DNA of 62,194 nt, the filler included, from Basidioascus undulatus (taxonomy: Eukaryota): NCBI GenBank assembly GCA_000826855.1. It is 14 parts of 14 records of this genome, joined end to end, with 100 filler letters (N's around TTAATTAATTAA, not from the genome) between each part and the next. Parts side by side here need not be neighbours in the genome. Positions count along the whole stretch, not along the records: positions 35,668 to 38,534 come from JTLS01002610.1; positions 38,635 to 41,497 come from JTLS01002611.1; positions 41,598 to 44,460 come from JTLS01002612.1; positions 44,561 to 47,421 come from JTLS01002613.1; 10 more parts are not named here. One strand, 5' to 3'. Below the pieces are notes generated by a model. That model worked only from the letters and a program-made list of their open reading frames with translations. It ran no database searches and was not told the origin of the DNA. Both the position numbers and the translations under genes were made by a program. Shown here piece by piece: positions 35,741 to 47,521 of this stretch (the stretch's first letter is position 1; every line of letters begins with the position of its first letter).

Positions 35741-36069
35741 GCCCACAACGTCTCGTCCAAGAAGCGCGTCGAGATCCTCGCCCGGTAAGTCCCGAGTTAT
35801 TTCTTTCTTTCCTCCTCACATCCATCCTCGCTCGGGTTGCTTGGTTCGTTGGCTGGGCTGGCGTGCGAGTGTTCGGAGTCCTTGGACTCGGCCCATCTTC
35901 CCTCTCGCCTGCTCCCTTCCCCTCCCTTCGCTCCGCAATCACCATCTTCCACCTCCCATCGCACCTCAGTAAACTGACGCCTTTTCTCGTTCGTCCCCCC
36001 CACAGCGCCAAGGCCCTGAACGTCAAGGTGACCAACGCCGCGGCGCGCCTGCGTACCGAGGAGGCCTAA
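35741..36069 (+). CDS. RPL32: 60S ribosomal protein L32 (eL32), last two exons
   Basis: AHNVSSKKRVEILAR|AKALNVKVTNAAARLRTEEA*; intron 35785-36005. Confidence 0.92.
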
Positions 36070-37164
36070 GCGGCTCGCCGGTCGGGCTGGTGGGTTGGTG
36101 GTCCGGGGGACGGACATCGTCATGTGTTGGGGGCAATGTATATGCGCACATTCCATGATTATGGCCGTTACCTGCTACCGTCGCCCCTCGAGAGATTGAA
36201 TGAGTGTGACTGAGTGTGGTGAGCGATGCCCGCGTTGCGGGTTGCCGTTTGTGTTGTGTGTGGGTGCGAGTTAGGAGGGGCTGACGGTGAGGATGCGCGA
36301 TTAGGTTGCGCTCAGATCACGCGTCAAGAGTGCAGTAGAGCATTATTGCAGTCGAAATGAGTTCGTAGGCCGCCTCTGCCGTCAAAGGGCCCAGCACCAG
36401 CTTCGGGCGGTCGGGCAGGACACACGCCTCATGTCTGGCACATGCAAGGACGTCTGGTCAGGGCATCTGCGAACAACAACGTATAATCAACCGTGGTCGT
36501 TAGATTGAACGCGCCAGGCTCAAGGCAACCTGCTTGGAGGGCGCCAGTCTTCAAAGCTGTGCCCATACATGTCGGTCTGCACACGTGTCTTTTCATGACG
36601 AGTACAGGCTTGGCTTGGCTGAGCAGTCCTCAACTGGAAGTCGTTCTATGAAGTAATGAAATTTCCGTCTCAAACAGGGAGGAGGGCGATTCCGTACGTC
36701 GAGCTGGGCCACGGCTTTCTGGGTCCTGGCTCCGACTGCGTTTGCTGTTGTCCGCCTACAGACCTAACAGGGCCAGGTCCATGAGGCTGACGGATGACTA
36801 CTTCTTACATATTATGCCTTTTTTACGGTGAGGCCTGCGATCATGGTATTGGGACGAGACTGCGTGGCTTTCCTGAGATTGTAACGGAAGATCAGAGACA
36901 ATCAGTTGCGTTGCACACACCCCAACTTTGCAAACGGTGTACAACCAGACCTCAGTACTATGGCCCTTTCCCAATCACATCATTGCAAACCACGGCACAT
37001 GTACATTGTCGTAGACGAATTCCAGCAGCCAGAACAGAGATACGGAAGGGCCGCCGTCCCGCCGCCCGCTCTCCTTCTCCCCAAACCACCATCATCGCAA
37101 CCCATACCCACACCGCAATGCCTCCTACTCTCTTCCAGGCCTGTGCAGTAGTACTTCATTGACA

Positions 37165-38060
37165 ATGCCCATCTCTGAGCTCTCTTTCGACGCTCTCGGA
37201 CTCATCGTCGACGCGGTCGCCACCCGGCCTCATCCGCGTGCAATACGGCTACGACGACGACGCTTATCGCTCATAACGCTGGCTACTCTCTGCCTCGTTT
37301 CTCGCGCAGTCAACGGACTGGCCCACCCTCGGCTCTATATCTCGATCAATCTCTCGATTATCAAGTTCTCTGATGCTCGCGACGTGCAAACCTTCAAATG
37401 CTTCACTCGTTCCGTAAAGGCAAACCCTGACCTTCTGCGCTACACGCGGCCATGTCCCTGCCATTCGAGTATGAGTCGAATACTCCGGCCAACCTTGAGG
37501 CCATTCGGATCCTCACCACTATTGCCAAGTCCTTGAGTCGTCATGCACAGAGGATTGAGCAGTTCTTGGTGTCCACAGCCTACACCCTTGATTATCTGGA
37601 CGCGCTCAAAGACTTGATTCGGGTTTCCATCGATCTACAAGAACGTACTGGCACTGCAGTTATCCGTCATTCAGATCTGTTTCCAGTCCTCGGGCCCTGC
37701 AGCTCACACACCTGGCTGTGTAGTCATACAACCTCGGAAAAACAGACTTGGTGGACACCCTCGTTGGGATGCCCTGTCTCTCGCACGTCGCGGTAGCTGT
37801 GGGATGGGACTGGACGCTTAGTAGGTCCCCGCTCGAGGGCATCCCGCGCTTGCTCGCGAGCGCCCCGGCATTGCGGCACATCATATTCGTGCTCATTGCG
37901 GAGCCCTCTGTGATTAGTTGAACTGCTCTTGGGCCCTACCCCAATCAAGCCCGAGCATGCGGAGGTCAAGGTGCTGGAAGCCCCGACCCCTGGTTGGTTC
38001 GACCAGCGCGTTGCGTACGGCTCCATTTAGGAGTTGGGGCCTGTGGCCGGCGAGCGTTGA
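37165..38060 (+). pseudogene. F-box-like protein pseudogene
   Basis: MPISELSFDALGLIVDAV...LATLCLVSRAVNGLAHPRLYISINL; coding continues across frameshifts (about 37450, 37700 and 37915) and in-frame TAGs at 37721 and 38028. Confidence 0.65.
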
Positions 38061-38482
38061 TGGATGGCTTTGTGGCGTACGCTTACCGTGGTTCCGATTC
38101 TGCTTGGCGGGGAGGGAGAATTGATCATCTTGTTGCGATTACCGGGCGGTTTGCCAATGGCTCGAACAATGTGCTCTCTATGTGCAAAGCAAGCTTCTTT
38201 GACAAGCAGCTCGGTCGAAGCGCCTGAGTGCAATACCGTAAAAACAGTGCATACATCCAAATAGTAACACATCGAAGGGTTTCCAGCTTCAGCTTTCATC
38301 CCCTTGGGCACCGGCCTGGCACTCGTAGCATGCTCGTGTCCTCCAGTTGGTGCGGCGACCGCGCCGTAGCCAGTTATCAGGTGAAGGACTCCATGAGACT
38401 GGAGCTCGTCCGTTTGTAAAGCATCTTATTCGAGGGTGTTAAAACAGAAGGGACAGACAGGTGGGCAGCAAGCAAAAAGAAG

Positions 38483-38534
38483 CTCTCTGGCCGGGAATTG
38501 AACCCGGGTCCCCCGCGGTCAGGTTGAATGACAA
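38483..38534 (-). tRNA. tRNA-Asp(GTC), 3' half with short intron, cut by the contig edge
   Basis: Minus strand reads TTGTCA|ttcaacctgac|C-GCGGG-GGAC-CCGGG-TTCAATT-CCCGG-CCAGAGA-G: T-arm, G73 discriminator, downstream T5 Pol III terminator. Confidence 0.88.
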
Positions 38535-38634
38535 NNNNNNNNNNNNNNNNNNNNNNNNNNNNNNNNNNNNNNNNNNNNTTAATTAATTAANNNNNNNNNN
38601 NNNNNNNNNNNNNNNNNNNNNNNNNNNNNNNNNN
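38535..38634. other. Artificial contig spacer
   Basis: N44-TTAATTAATTAA-N44. Confidence 0.99.
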
Positions 38635-38765
38635 TGTCCGAGTCGGAGGAGGAGTCGGAGAGGATGACGGGCCCGGAGGAAGGGGCAGTGGAGAGGCGGA
38701 CGAGGAAGAGGGAAGCAGACGGAGGAGAGGGTAGGTGGGGGGAAAAGGGTAACAATGAAACGCAC

Positions 38766-39010
38766 GAGTCGCCTCTCCCCTCACCGCATCGTCCCACCCC
38801 GCGCTCGCCAGGCGCGCGCGCAGGACGCGGGCAATCTTGGACCACTCGCCGGAGGTCAGAAGGCGGCGGCGGAGCTCGCTGAACCCCCCTCCATTAGGGT
38901 AAGCAAGGAAGCAAGTGGTGATGGGAGATGCCGGGGAGGAGCTGGAGAAGGGAGACAAACGCGTGCAGCTCGTTTTCTGTACGGACTGTTGTGGGGGTTG
39001 CGGCGGACAT
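38766..39010 (-). CDS. SUS1: SAGA/TREX-2 subunit Sus1 (ENY2), first two exons
   Basis: MSAATPTTVRTENELHA|ELRRRLLTSGEWSKIARVLRARLASAGWDDAVRGEA matches the ENY2 pattern L..SGE...L...L...GW.D.V. Confidence 0.8.
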
Positions 39011-39553
39011 TACGACGCGCCTCCGGTCAACAAGAAAAGAGCGAGGAGGATGCAGGGTTAATGAGCGACGCGATGGAAGACGGGAGGCTTGAGCTGCAAG
39101 CGGCGCGTCGGCGGGGCGTGGATGCAAATATCGGGAGGGCGTGGGAAACTTTATGGCTGCCTTCGACGCTTTCTAATGCCCACAAACGTCAGCGAAGAAA
39201 CGCAGACGATGGAAGGCAGACAACGAGAACGCTCAGGAACAGGTTGATTGATTGTGTGTCTGGGTCAAAATGCTATGCTATCTAAATGTGTGTGTTGTCG
39301 ATGGGGAGGTATAATGCGTGGGTGGTCGTTGAAGCTATGTACGCGATGAATGGACCGGGATGAATGCGCGAGAGGGAAATGAGGGGGATGGCATTGAAGG
39401 TCGTAGATTGTCGAGAACGTAAAGTGTGATCGTGAAGTCGGTCGTGAAGTCGTGCAAACTTGGACGAGACATAGTGGGTTGCTGCTGCTTCCCTCAGCAA
39501 CGTTTCGCCGAAACGCAAAGGCCAGAGAACGCACCTCGTCGTGCTAAATCCGC

Positions 39554-40439
39554 CTAGTACTCCATCCCCATCCCCATCCCCACCCCTTCCTCCCTCTCCC
39601 TCTCCCTCTCCCTCTCCCTCTCCCTCTCCCGCGCCACGCATTCCCTACAAGTGGTCGAGCCGTCCATCCTGTCCACCCACCCCAATCAGCACTTCATCCC
39701 CCTCGCCCTCTCCCCTCCGAAGCGACGTACCGTTCCACCGTACACAACCTGCACACTCTCCGCCCGCACCCTTCTACCTCCCGCCCTTCGGGCTGGGTAG
39801 ACGGGTACTCGTCGTCCGAGTCCACGTCGTTGTACGCTGGGCGCTTGAACCCCGCCCCCCGCGGCTGGGAGTGCGCGTGGTGCGTTGGGTGGGGAGACGG
39901 GGAGGAGGAGGAGCAGGTGCGGGAACAGATTAGGCAGGATGGTTTGTTACAGCTGCTCGTCCCTCAGTTCATCAGCATCCCGCATCCACCTTCCCCAAAG
40001 GGCAGAAGACCAGAAAGCCAGAGGAGGGACGGACCTCGCGCAAACCACCCCGCCCGTCCCACCGATATACCGCCTGCAACACGCGCATGCCCCACCCACC
40101 GCCGGTGTGTGGGAGTGCGTGTGGTCGGAGGCGGAGGCGGAAGAGGAGAGCAGTGCCGCCCGACGCGGGTTGCTCTGCACGCGGAGGCGCTTGATGGCGC
40201 GCGTTGGGGCGTCTGGTTGTCCCTCCAGCGAATCAGCGACTTTCTCCTGAGAAAAGAAGAAGAGGAAGGAAGGGGATGGGATGGCAAGGGTCGATAGGGA
40301 GGAGGGATGGGACGGGGGACAGTGGCGCACCGGAATCGCGAGGCACAAGGCGACGGCGGGGCTTCATTGGGTCTTGCTGCGGGGGCTGGGGAGCCGTGAC
40401 GGGGGAGGAAATGGTGGTGGGGAAGGGGAGGATACCCAT
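39554..40439 (-). CDS. Small Cys-rich (putative zinc-binding) hypothetical protein, 4 exons
   Basis: Spliced CACCRR...VVCAS|CNKPSCLICSRTC...GCGRRVCRLCTVER|MDGSTTCREC, followed by an (RE)n tail; TAG at 39554. Confidence 0.65.
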
Positions 40440-40714
40440 TCTTTCTTTGTGCGTGGTCGGTATCGATGAGCGAAGGAAGGGAGAAGGTTGGGCTGGGTGT
40501 CCGAGGTGAGGGGAGAAGGCGAAGTGCCCAGGCTTCAAAATGCAAGGGTTGGATTACTAGCGAACCTAGTAATCCACGACGCGCCCGAACGTTCTGGCTC
40601 GACGCGCCTCTCTTCCTCCCACGCGTCTCAACCCGCTCCTTTCTCCCTTCTTCCGCTCCCACGAAACCACGAAACACACACAAACACGCAGAGAAGAAGG
40701 AGAACAGGAGCAGA

Positions 40715-41487
40715 ATGTCTACTTCCACCTCCGCCCCCCCGCCCAAGCGGCAGCGCACGACAAAGTTCCCTGTCGCACGTCCACCTTTCCATAGAAAGCA
40801 AAGGGAGGAAGCTGATGGAGCGCGGGGAGGGCAAACAGGCGCGCATCAAGAAGATTATGCAGATGGACGAGGATGTGGGCAAGGTTGCGCAGGCTACGCC
40901 GGTGCTTATCTGTGCGTCGTCTCCTTCCGCTTCCTCTTCCCGGGGTGCTGACGGTGTGTGGAGGGTGTTGGGGAATGTGGGGATGGCGGGTGGAATAGCC
41001 AAGGCACTGGAACTGTTTATGCAGGCACTGGTGGATGAGACGGTCAAGGAGACGCGTGAGCGGGGGGCGAAGAAGATGAGCGCTTATCATCTGTGCGTCG
41101 CTGCTCTCTTTCCCCCACCCTTCCACGTTCCACCTTCCTTCCGCCGAACCGCCTTTCCGCCTTACCACCCCCGTGCTCCCTGCTCCCTTCCCACTCGTCC
41201 CCACCCCGAGCCTTCCCGATCGATATTGAGCTGGATAGAGTCGTACTGACGCTCCTCGGGACGTTCCCAGCAAGCGCACCATCCTCCAAACCGAGCAATT
41301 CGACTTCCTCACCGACGTAGCAGCCAAGATCCCCGACCCGACCGAGAAGCCGCCCAAGGCCTCTTCCTCCGGGCGGGGGCGCGGGCGGGGGCGTGGACGC
41401 GGTCGCGGGAGGGGCCGCGGGCGTGGCGGCGCGCGCGCGGAAGGCAGGGAGGGCGAGGAACGATGGGGTTACAAGATGAAAAGATGA
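40715..41487 (+). CDS. BUR6: NC2 alpha subunit (DRAP1/Bur6), histone fold, with RG-repeat tail
   Basis: TKFPV|ARIKKIMQMDEDVGKVAQATPVLI|SKALELFMQALV...KKMSAYHL|KRTILQTEQFDFLTDV. Confidence 0.92.
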
Positions 41488-41497
41488 GTAGTCAGCG

Positions 41498-41597
41498 NNN
41501 NNNNNNNNNNNNNNNNNNNNNNNNNNNNNNNNNNNNNNNNNTTAATTAATTAANNNNNNNNNNNNNNNNNNNNNNNNNNNNNNNNNNNNNNNNNNNN
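41498..41597. other. Artificial contig spacer
   Basis: N44-TTAATTAATTAA-N44. Confidence 0.99.
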
Positions 41598-42245
41598 TCC
41601 TCCAACCCACCACCTCCACCTCCTCCCATCGCCCTTCCTCTCCCCGCCGCCCCTCTCCTCCGGCTCGCCCAGCTTCTTCATAAACTCCTTCCCCGTCGTC
41701 TCCTCGCTCAGCTCGACCGGCTCCGCCTCGTGGTCCGTGAGCGGCAAGCTGAGGGGCAGGAACGGGAAGGCGTCGACGGCGCCCTTATGGTGCGAGTTGT
41801 ACAGCGCGACCTCGTCGAGTAGGAGCTGCTCGAGATCGAGCTCCTCCACGGACGCGCCCTCGCGTGGGGAGTAGTTGGATCCTGGGTGAGGGGAAAAGCC
41901 GAGCGAGAGCCCCAGGTCCGGGTACCGGAACCACACGCGCGAGGGCGTCGCGCGCACGTCCGGGAAGCCCGTGTCTACGGCTGTGGCCAGCCGGCCGAGC
42001 GCGGCGAGAAGGGAGGGAGTCGTGGGCGTTGAGCCGAGGAGGGCGCGCGGGTCGAACGGCTCGGAGGTGGGTGTGCCGGGAACGGCGCCGAGGGAGCTGG
42101 GGGTGAAATGGGGGTCAGTGAGTGGATGAGAAGAGGAAGAGGGGTGTGGGAGAGGTTTCCCTTTTGAAAAGGGAAGAAAGACGCACAGGTGTGGCTTGAA
42201 AGCGCGCAGAGTCGACTGGGTCTGGCTCAACTTCGGACGCAGCAT
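41598..42245 (-). CDS. Hypothetical protein, 3'-partial
   Basis: Strong GC3 coding bias and one GT-AG intron; VWFRYPDLGLSLGF...TTGKEFMKKLGEPEERGGG resembles an uncharacterised basidiomycete family (from memory). Confidence 0.6.
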
Positions 42246-44460
42246 CGTTAGGATATCGGATTGTGGTTTCTGGGTCGTTGGTTCGTAAATCGTAGCAGTC
42301 GTGTGCGATGAAGGTCGGGGGGTGCGCGCAGGCTCCTGTGCAGATGAGCGTTAAATGTCAAGAAGCGAGTAACCAGGGAAGTGGTGTGGTTGAGCGCCCC
42401 GCATCAGACACTCCGTGTAGGACGGGCCGAGTGGAAATATTGGAGAGCACAAGCGAAGCGCAGCGCAACGACGAATTCATGACGCAATCTAGGCTCTTCC
42501 GCCGCAGGACTATCCACACGCGACCACCTGCTGAAGGCTTTTGCACACGGTGGATGCTGCGCATTGCGTACGCGAAGTAAAATGCACACAGCTTTATCAG
42601 TGGAGGAACGCGTAGCCGTAGGTTATCGAGTGACAGCGAGCGAGGCAGCGAAGGGGATGGAGATTTGGATGAGCGGAAACTTGCCGCCGGCTTCGGTCGT
42701 CCTCGACCCAACTCGTCCGGATTCCTGAATGTTGACGGTCCAGCTCGTCATCGCATTACAATATTTTTAAGACTACGAAGAAGACATTTGCAGAAGGTCC
42801 CATCAACACACTCAGTCCAGCGAGGCGTGAAGCTGAAGTTGGCCGAGATGCCTCCGCTGACCGGGAGATGGCCAGACTGAACTGCAGTCTTGTCTCACGA
42901 TGCATGGTTGATTTGAAAACAGTATTCGGACTTAGAGAGATTAGAAAATGCTATTCTGGCTTGAGGTGAGAGCGGGACACTAATAGGCAGGCTTCAGTCT
43001 TGTCGGCTGGCTGTGCTGCTCTGCCCACAATGACGCCCACCGCTTCTGACCTCTTTATTCCTGTGGACGGAAGATCAGTTGCGATACAAAATTCAAATCT
43101 TAACTGAATCCCGCACAAGTAGCCTTAAACTCTTCCTTTTCAATCCACCGAATCTCGTCCTCCTCCTGCCGCCCTTGCTGCGCTCTAAGCTCTACGTCCC
43201 AACCCCAATGTAGGAATGTCATGTTTCACTTGACTTGACACTTAATTTGAATAACCAAGTACATCTTTTTACCTATGCCACTCATTGAGGTTCAAAGACG
43301 AGGGGCGAGGGGTCTCTTCAGAAACGGCGACGGCCTCCTCGATCCTTTCCCCCCCGCCTCCTCGATGATGCTATTCCGTGTTTCGCCCCACCATACAGGC
43401 CTGCCTTTGACCTCTTCTGAACAAAGGCTCCCTGCTAGTTGCATCTAATCATGTTTTCGAGGACGAGCCGGACAGATGCAATCCATCGGTGTGTTTCACA
43501 GTCACAAGTTTAAAATACTTGGAAACTTAGGAGAGCTTGAGGGATAGAGCTTCCGATTGGACTGTTAAACATGTCTGCATTCGGTCCGAACGCTCAACAT
43601 GTGTACAAGACGGAGCTGGTTTTATATGTTCCATGATGTTCAGGTGAGCTTGACCTGTAAGCTTTACAGATCCAACAATGCATTTGATTGGGGTCCAATC
43701 GCACACAAGATGTCAGGTCCGCGGCGCGCTGAACGCAGTTCGGTGCATGTACGTCGCTGACCCCCGGTCGGTGCTTACGCAATTTGACCTCAGACGTCTG
43801 TATTCTCGCCTACCTTGGAGAGGGCTCAAAAGACAAAATATTTACATTATGATACATTATGAGAACTTACTTTACCGTTTAACTCGACATGCATCTCCGA
43901 CAACACTCTCATAGATATTGCGTTGCGCGTTGGGTGTCCAGACTGCTGTGCATTGCCCGGGCTCCCATGCCCCTCTCTGAGCTGTGGACCTACCCATCAA
44001 GACTTCCCAGTGTCTAGACAAGCACATGCAGCACGGCATGCTCGATAGTAATCATGAAGCATCCCAATCCTGCAAGAAGCAAAAAGCAGTCCTCCGTTAG
44101 CCTTACCCACTGCTCGAGGCAGACGAGCACCTCTCTGATTGTCGTGTGAGCTGCCGTCGGCCGAAACGCATCAACATCGGGCACAGTTGGGAACAGTCGT
44201 TTATTTCCATCCATATACTGTTGTCCTTTACCGCGAAGGCGGAATGAGAGATTGCAGCGGATGCTGCTGGTCCAACTGCAGGACTACGATGCGATTTGAA
44301 ATTGCGCCTCAGCCTGCGGGTGTGCGCCTCGCACTTGATGATGATGCCCTCGGGCCCGTAGATACCGCCGGTACCTCGCGTACCTGAAAATAGGGCGGCA
44401 TTTATGCGTGTTTGGATGGAAGAATGAGGGGGGGGGGGAAGAGAATGAGAGGCGAGTATG

Positions 44461-44560
44461 NNNNNNNNNNNNNNNNNNNNNNNNNNNNNNNNNNNNNNNN
44501 NNNNTTAATTAATTAANNNNNNNNNNNNNNNNNNNNNNNNNNNNNNNNNNNNNNNNNNNN
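44461..44560. other. Artificial contig spacer
   Basis: N44-TTAATTAATTAA-N44. Confidence 0.99.
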
Positions 44561-46468
44561 CCTCCCCAGCCCCCCCGCCCTCCTTCGAGCGCTCCACCCC
44601 GCCGCCCACACCGCCCAGACACACCTCCCCGCCCCAGCTCGTCGCCCTCAGCCCCGTCCAGACCCCACAACGCTTGCGCAGCAGCAGCCTCGTCATCCAG
44701 ATGCCCTGTGTCGAGGAGCACGTCCCCAAGAGCGAGGATGAGGATGAGCGCCTGGTCTTGGATCGTGGCGACGACGACGACGGCTGGGATCCAGACGCCC
44801 AAGCGTGCGCGGACGAGCTCAAGCGCAGGCAGAGGAAGAGGGTCATCAGGGCCAGTATCAAAATGGCCGCGGTCTTTGTCGTTTCATTAGCTGCGCTGTT
44901 CACCACCCTCTACTTTGCATGGCCCTCCATCGATGCGTGCGTCCTTCCATGCCCAAGCCCCGAGATCTCCTTGCACCGAGCTGACACGCGGTCACCTGCA
45001 CAGTGCCGACAAGCCTTCGCTTCGCATCCCACGCTCGTTTGAGCAGCTCCAAGAGCTGAACGCGCTGTTGAAAAAGTACCGCGATACCCAGGGCGACCGC
45101 CTCCTTGTGTGCTGGGTCGGCATCTATCTCTTGTGCGTCCTCATGTGGCGATCCCCTATCTTTGCCTCTTTAGCTCAAACTCGGCCGTGGACAGCCTCCA
45201 AGCCTTCTCTCTTCCTGGAAGCATGTACCTCTCCATCCTCGCCGGTGCTGTTTGGGGGGTGTGGCTCAGCCTGCCCCTCTGCTGCGCTGTTCGTCCTTTC
45301 CCCTCCCTTCTCGCGTTTTACCATGCACTCATGCCCCATTCGTGTCTTCTTTAGGTCATCGCAACCGGCGCTACCCTTTGCTACCTCATTTCTGCCTCCC
45401 TCGGCGGTGTCCTTCTCGCCCTTCCTGCCTCGTCGCCGAAACTCGCCTCCCCCTCGCGCCGCGCGAGCGATCCCGACGCCGAGCCGCTCCTCACCGAGCG
45501 CGAGGACGACGTGCTCGACGAGAGCACCGAGGAGGAGAAGCGGAGCTGGTTCGAGAAGTTCAGGGAGAAGGTCGAGACGTACCGCGAGAAGATGCGCGGC
45601 CCGATCGAACGCGGGGATGTCTGGAGCTATGTCATTCTTCTGCGGTACGTCTCTCCATCTTTGGGTCTAGGGTGGGACTGATTTCACGGGCAAAATACCT
45701 AGTATCGCTCCCTTCCCGCCTCACTGGATCTTGAACGTCGTCGCGCCCCACCTCGGCATCAATATCTGGACATTCTGGGCCGCCACCTTCCTTGGTGCGC
45801 ATTATTAACCGGATCCGCAGCGGCACCTATACTTATCTATCCCTTCCTGCAGGCGTCGCTGGCATGTCGGTTATCCATGTCACCATCGGCGGTGGATTGG
45901 ATGACATGACATCGTCTGCTGATTTCCACCTCTTCTCTGTACGTCTCATCATGCTCGCGAACCTCCCCTTCCCATACTCATGCTTCCCATACGACAGTGG
46001 AAGAACTTCTTCATGCTCGGCGGCATCGTCATCGCCGTCCTCATCCCTCTCGCGATCCGGCACATGCGCAGGAGCGATCTCGACGCACTCGCGGAGGAGG
46101 CGACGCACGGGGACGTCGACGCTGCCGAGGTGCTCGCCGAATCCCCCGCGGAAGTCGTCGCGCACGCTCATCCTCACCTGCACCCCGAGCCGCCACGCGC
46201 CACGCTCACCTGCCCGCGGTCCACCTCCGGCACGATTCTGCTCGACGCAAGTCCGGCCGTGCCCGAGGGCAAGCAGAAGGGCTCGAGCCGACTGTCGCCG
46301 CCGCCGCCTGCGCCCGTCCGGCGCGATAGCGAGAACTTGATGGAATTTGGCGAGTTCGCGAGCAACCCGTATCTGAAGGGCTCCGCGGGCTCGTCCGCCC
46401 CGGTGGCTGGGACGGCTGCCGAGGCCGGCAATGCGTTTGGCGGCACTGGCTGGACGAGGACTGCATAG
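44561..46468 (+). CDS. TMEM41/DedA (VTT; SNARE-associated Golgi) family membrane protein, 5'-partial
   Basis: IPRSFEQLQELNALLKKYRD, LQAFSLPGSMYLSILAGAVWG, IATGATLCYLIS, LLR|IAPLPPHWILNVVAPHLGI, HVTIGGGLDDMTSSADF. Confidence 0.88.
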
Positions 46469-46959
46469 GGCTGAACTCGGACCGTGCTTGGTTATCTTTC
46501 CGTCTTTCTCTGTGTGTCGCTGTCTCGCACACACCAGCACACACACACCTCCCATTCGCTACCGACATCACGATCTACCCCTCGCTCTGTCTTATGTATT
46601 CCCTTCGCCTTTCTAGCTCATGTACCACGCTCGTTCGCTTGCACCACGTCCTCCAGCCACCTCAGACCCGTCTTTCCTGATTTCGCTCTGTTAAACTTGC
46701 GTTGCCTCTTGTATAACTAGATGCTTACTGGGTCATGTTCTGGTTCTGATTCGTGTGCGACTGTTGTCTGTTTTGAACGAGTTGCCGGTCGTCGTGCAGA
46801 AGGTGGTCCTTGTTTGACGGTCAACCGCGTCGCACCCTTCATCGGCGGCCCGACGCGACTTGGACGCGCCTTGCCTTTGCTACTTGTCCTCGTCTCTCAT
46901 CTCCCTTTCCAAGTCTTGCAACTTGTCTGTCTGTTGTAGCTCGACGCGATTGCCCTACG

Positions 46960-47421
46960 ATGCCCCCTCGTCGCTCAACTGCAACGACGGCGTCTCCGTC
47001 CCCTTCCAAGCGGCCCAAGCGCGCCGCTCCTGAACCAGCAAGCGCGACCAGCAAGCGCCGGCGGACGGACGAGCCGACCGGTTCGCCCAGGCGCTCAACG
47101 CGACTGACGTCTGCGGGCGATACGCCGCAGTGCACATCCCGACGCTCTCGCCGTGACGCTCAGATGGCTCCTCAGCCGGACGACACCGAGTCGGACGACC
47201 CGATCGACTTCACACCCAGGCGAACCAGGGGGACCCGGGCGCCATCCGAGACGCCTGTAAAGGGGAACGACGCGAACCACTCTACGAGGAAGCCGAGAGG
47301 TCGCGCCCTGACGCCGAGCTCGGCGGAGGACGACGACGACGAGGACGAGCGGGGGCGGTCAGAGGATGGCGACCGGATGGCCGTCGATGGCGCCGAAGGA
47401 GACGCTGAGCACGTCGCGGAC
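46960..47421 (+). CDS. 5' end of an unidentified, probably nuclear protein (disordered, basic N-terminus)
   Basis: MPPRRSTATTASPSPSKRPKR... is open to the contig edge and carries NLS-like motifs. Confidence 0.55.
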
Positions 47422-47521
47422 NNNNNNNNNNNNNNNNNNNNNNNNNNNNNNNNNNNNNNNNNNNNTTAATTAATTAANNNNNNNNNNNNNNNNNNNNNNN
47501 NNNNNNNNNNNNNNNNNNNNN
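47422..47521. other. Artificial contig spacer
   Basis: N44-TTAATTAATTAA-N44. Confidence 0.99.

Noticed and set aside
17664..38030. Alternative genetic code, or stop-codon readthrough/A-to-I editing, to explain the in-frame stops
   Set aside because: Intact genes end with all three stop codons and have none internally; the affected genes also carry frameshifts.
42300..44460. Short ORFs and exon-like fragments in a lower-GC stretch
   Set aside because: No recognisable motif or coherent gene model could be built by eye.
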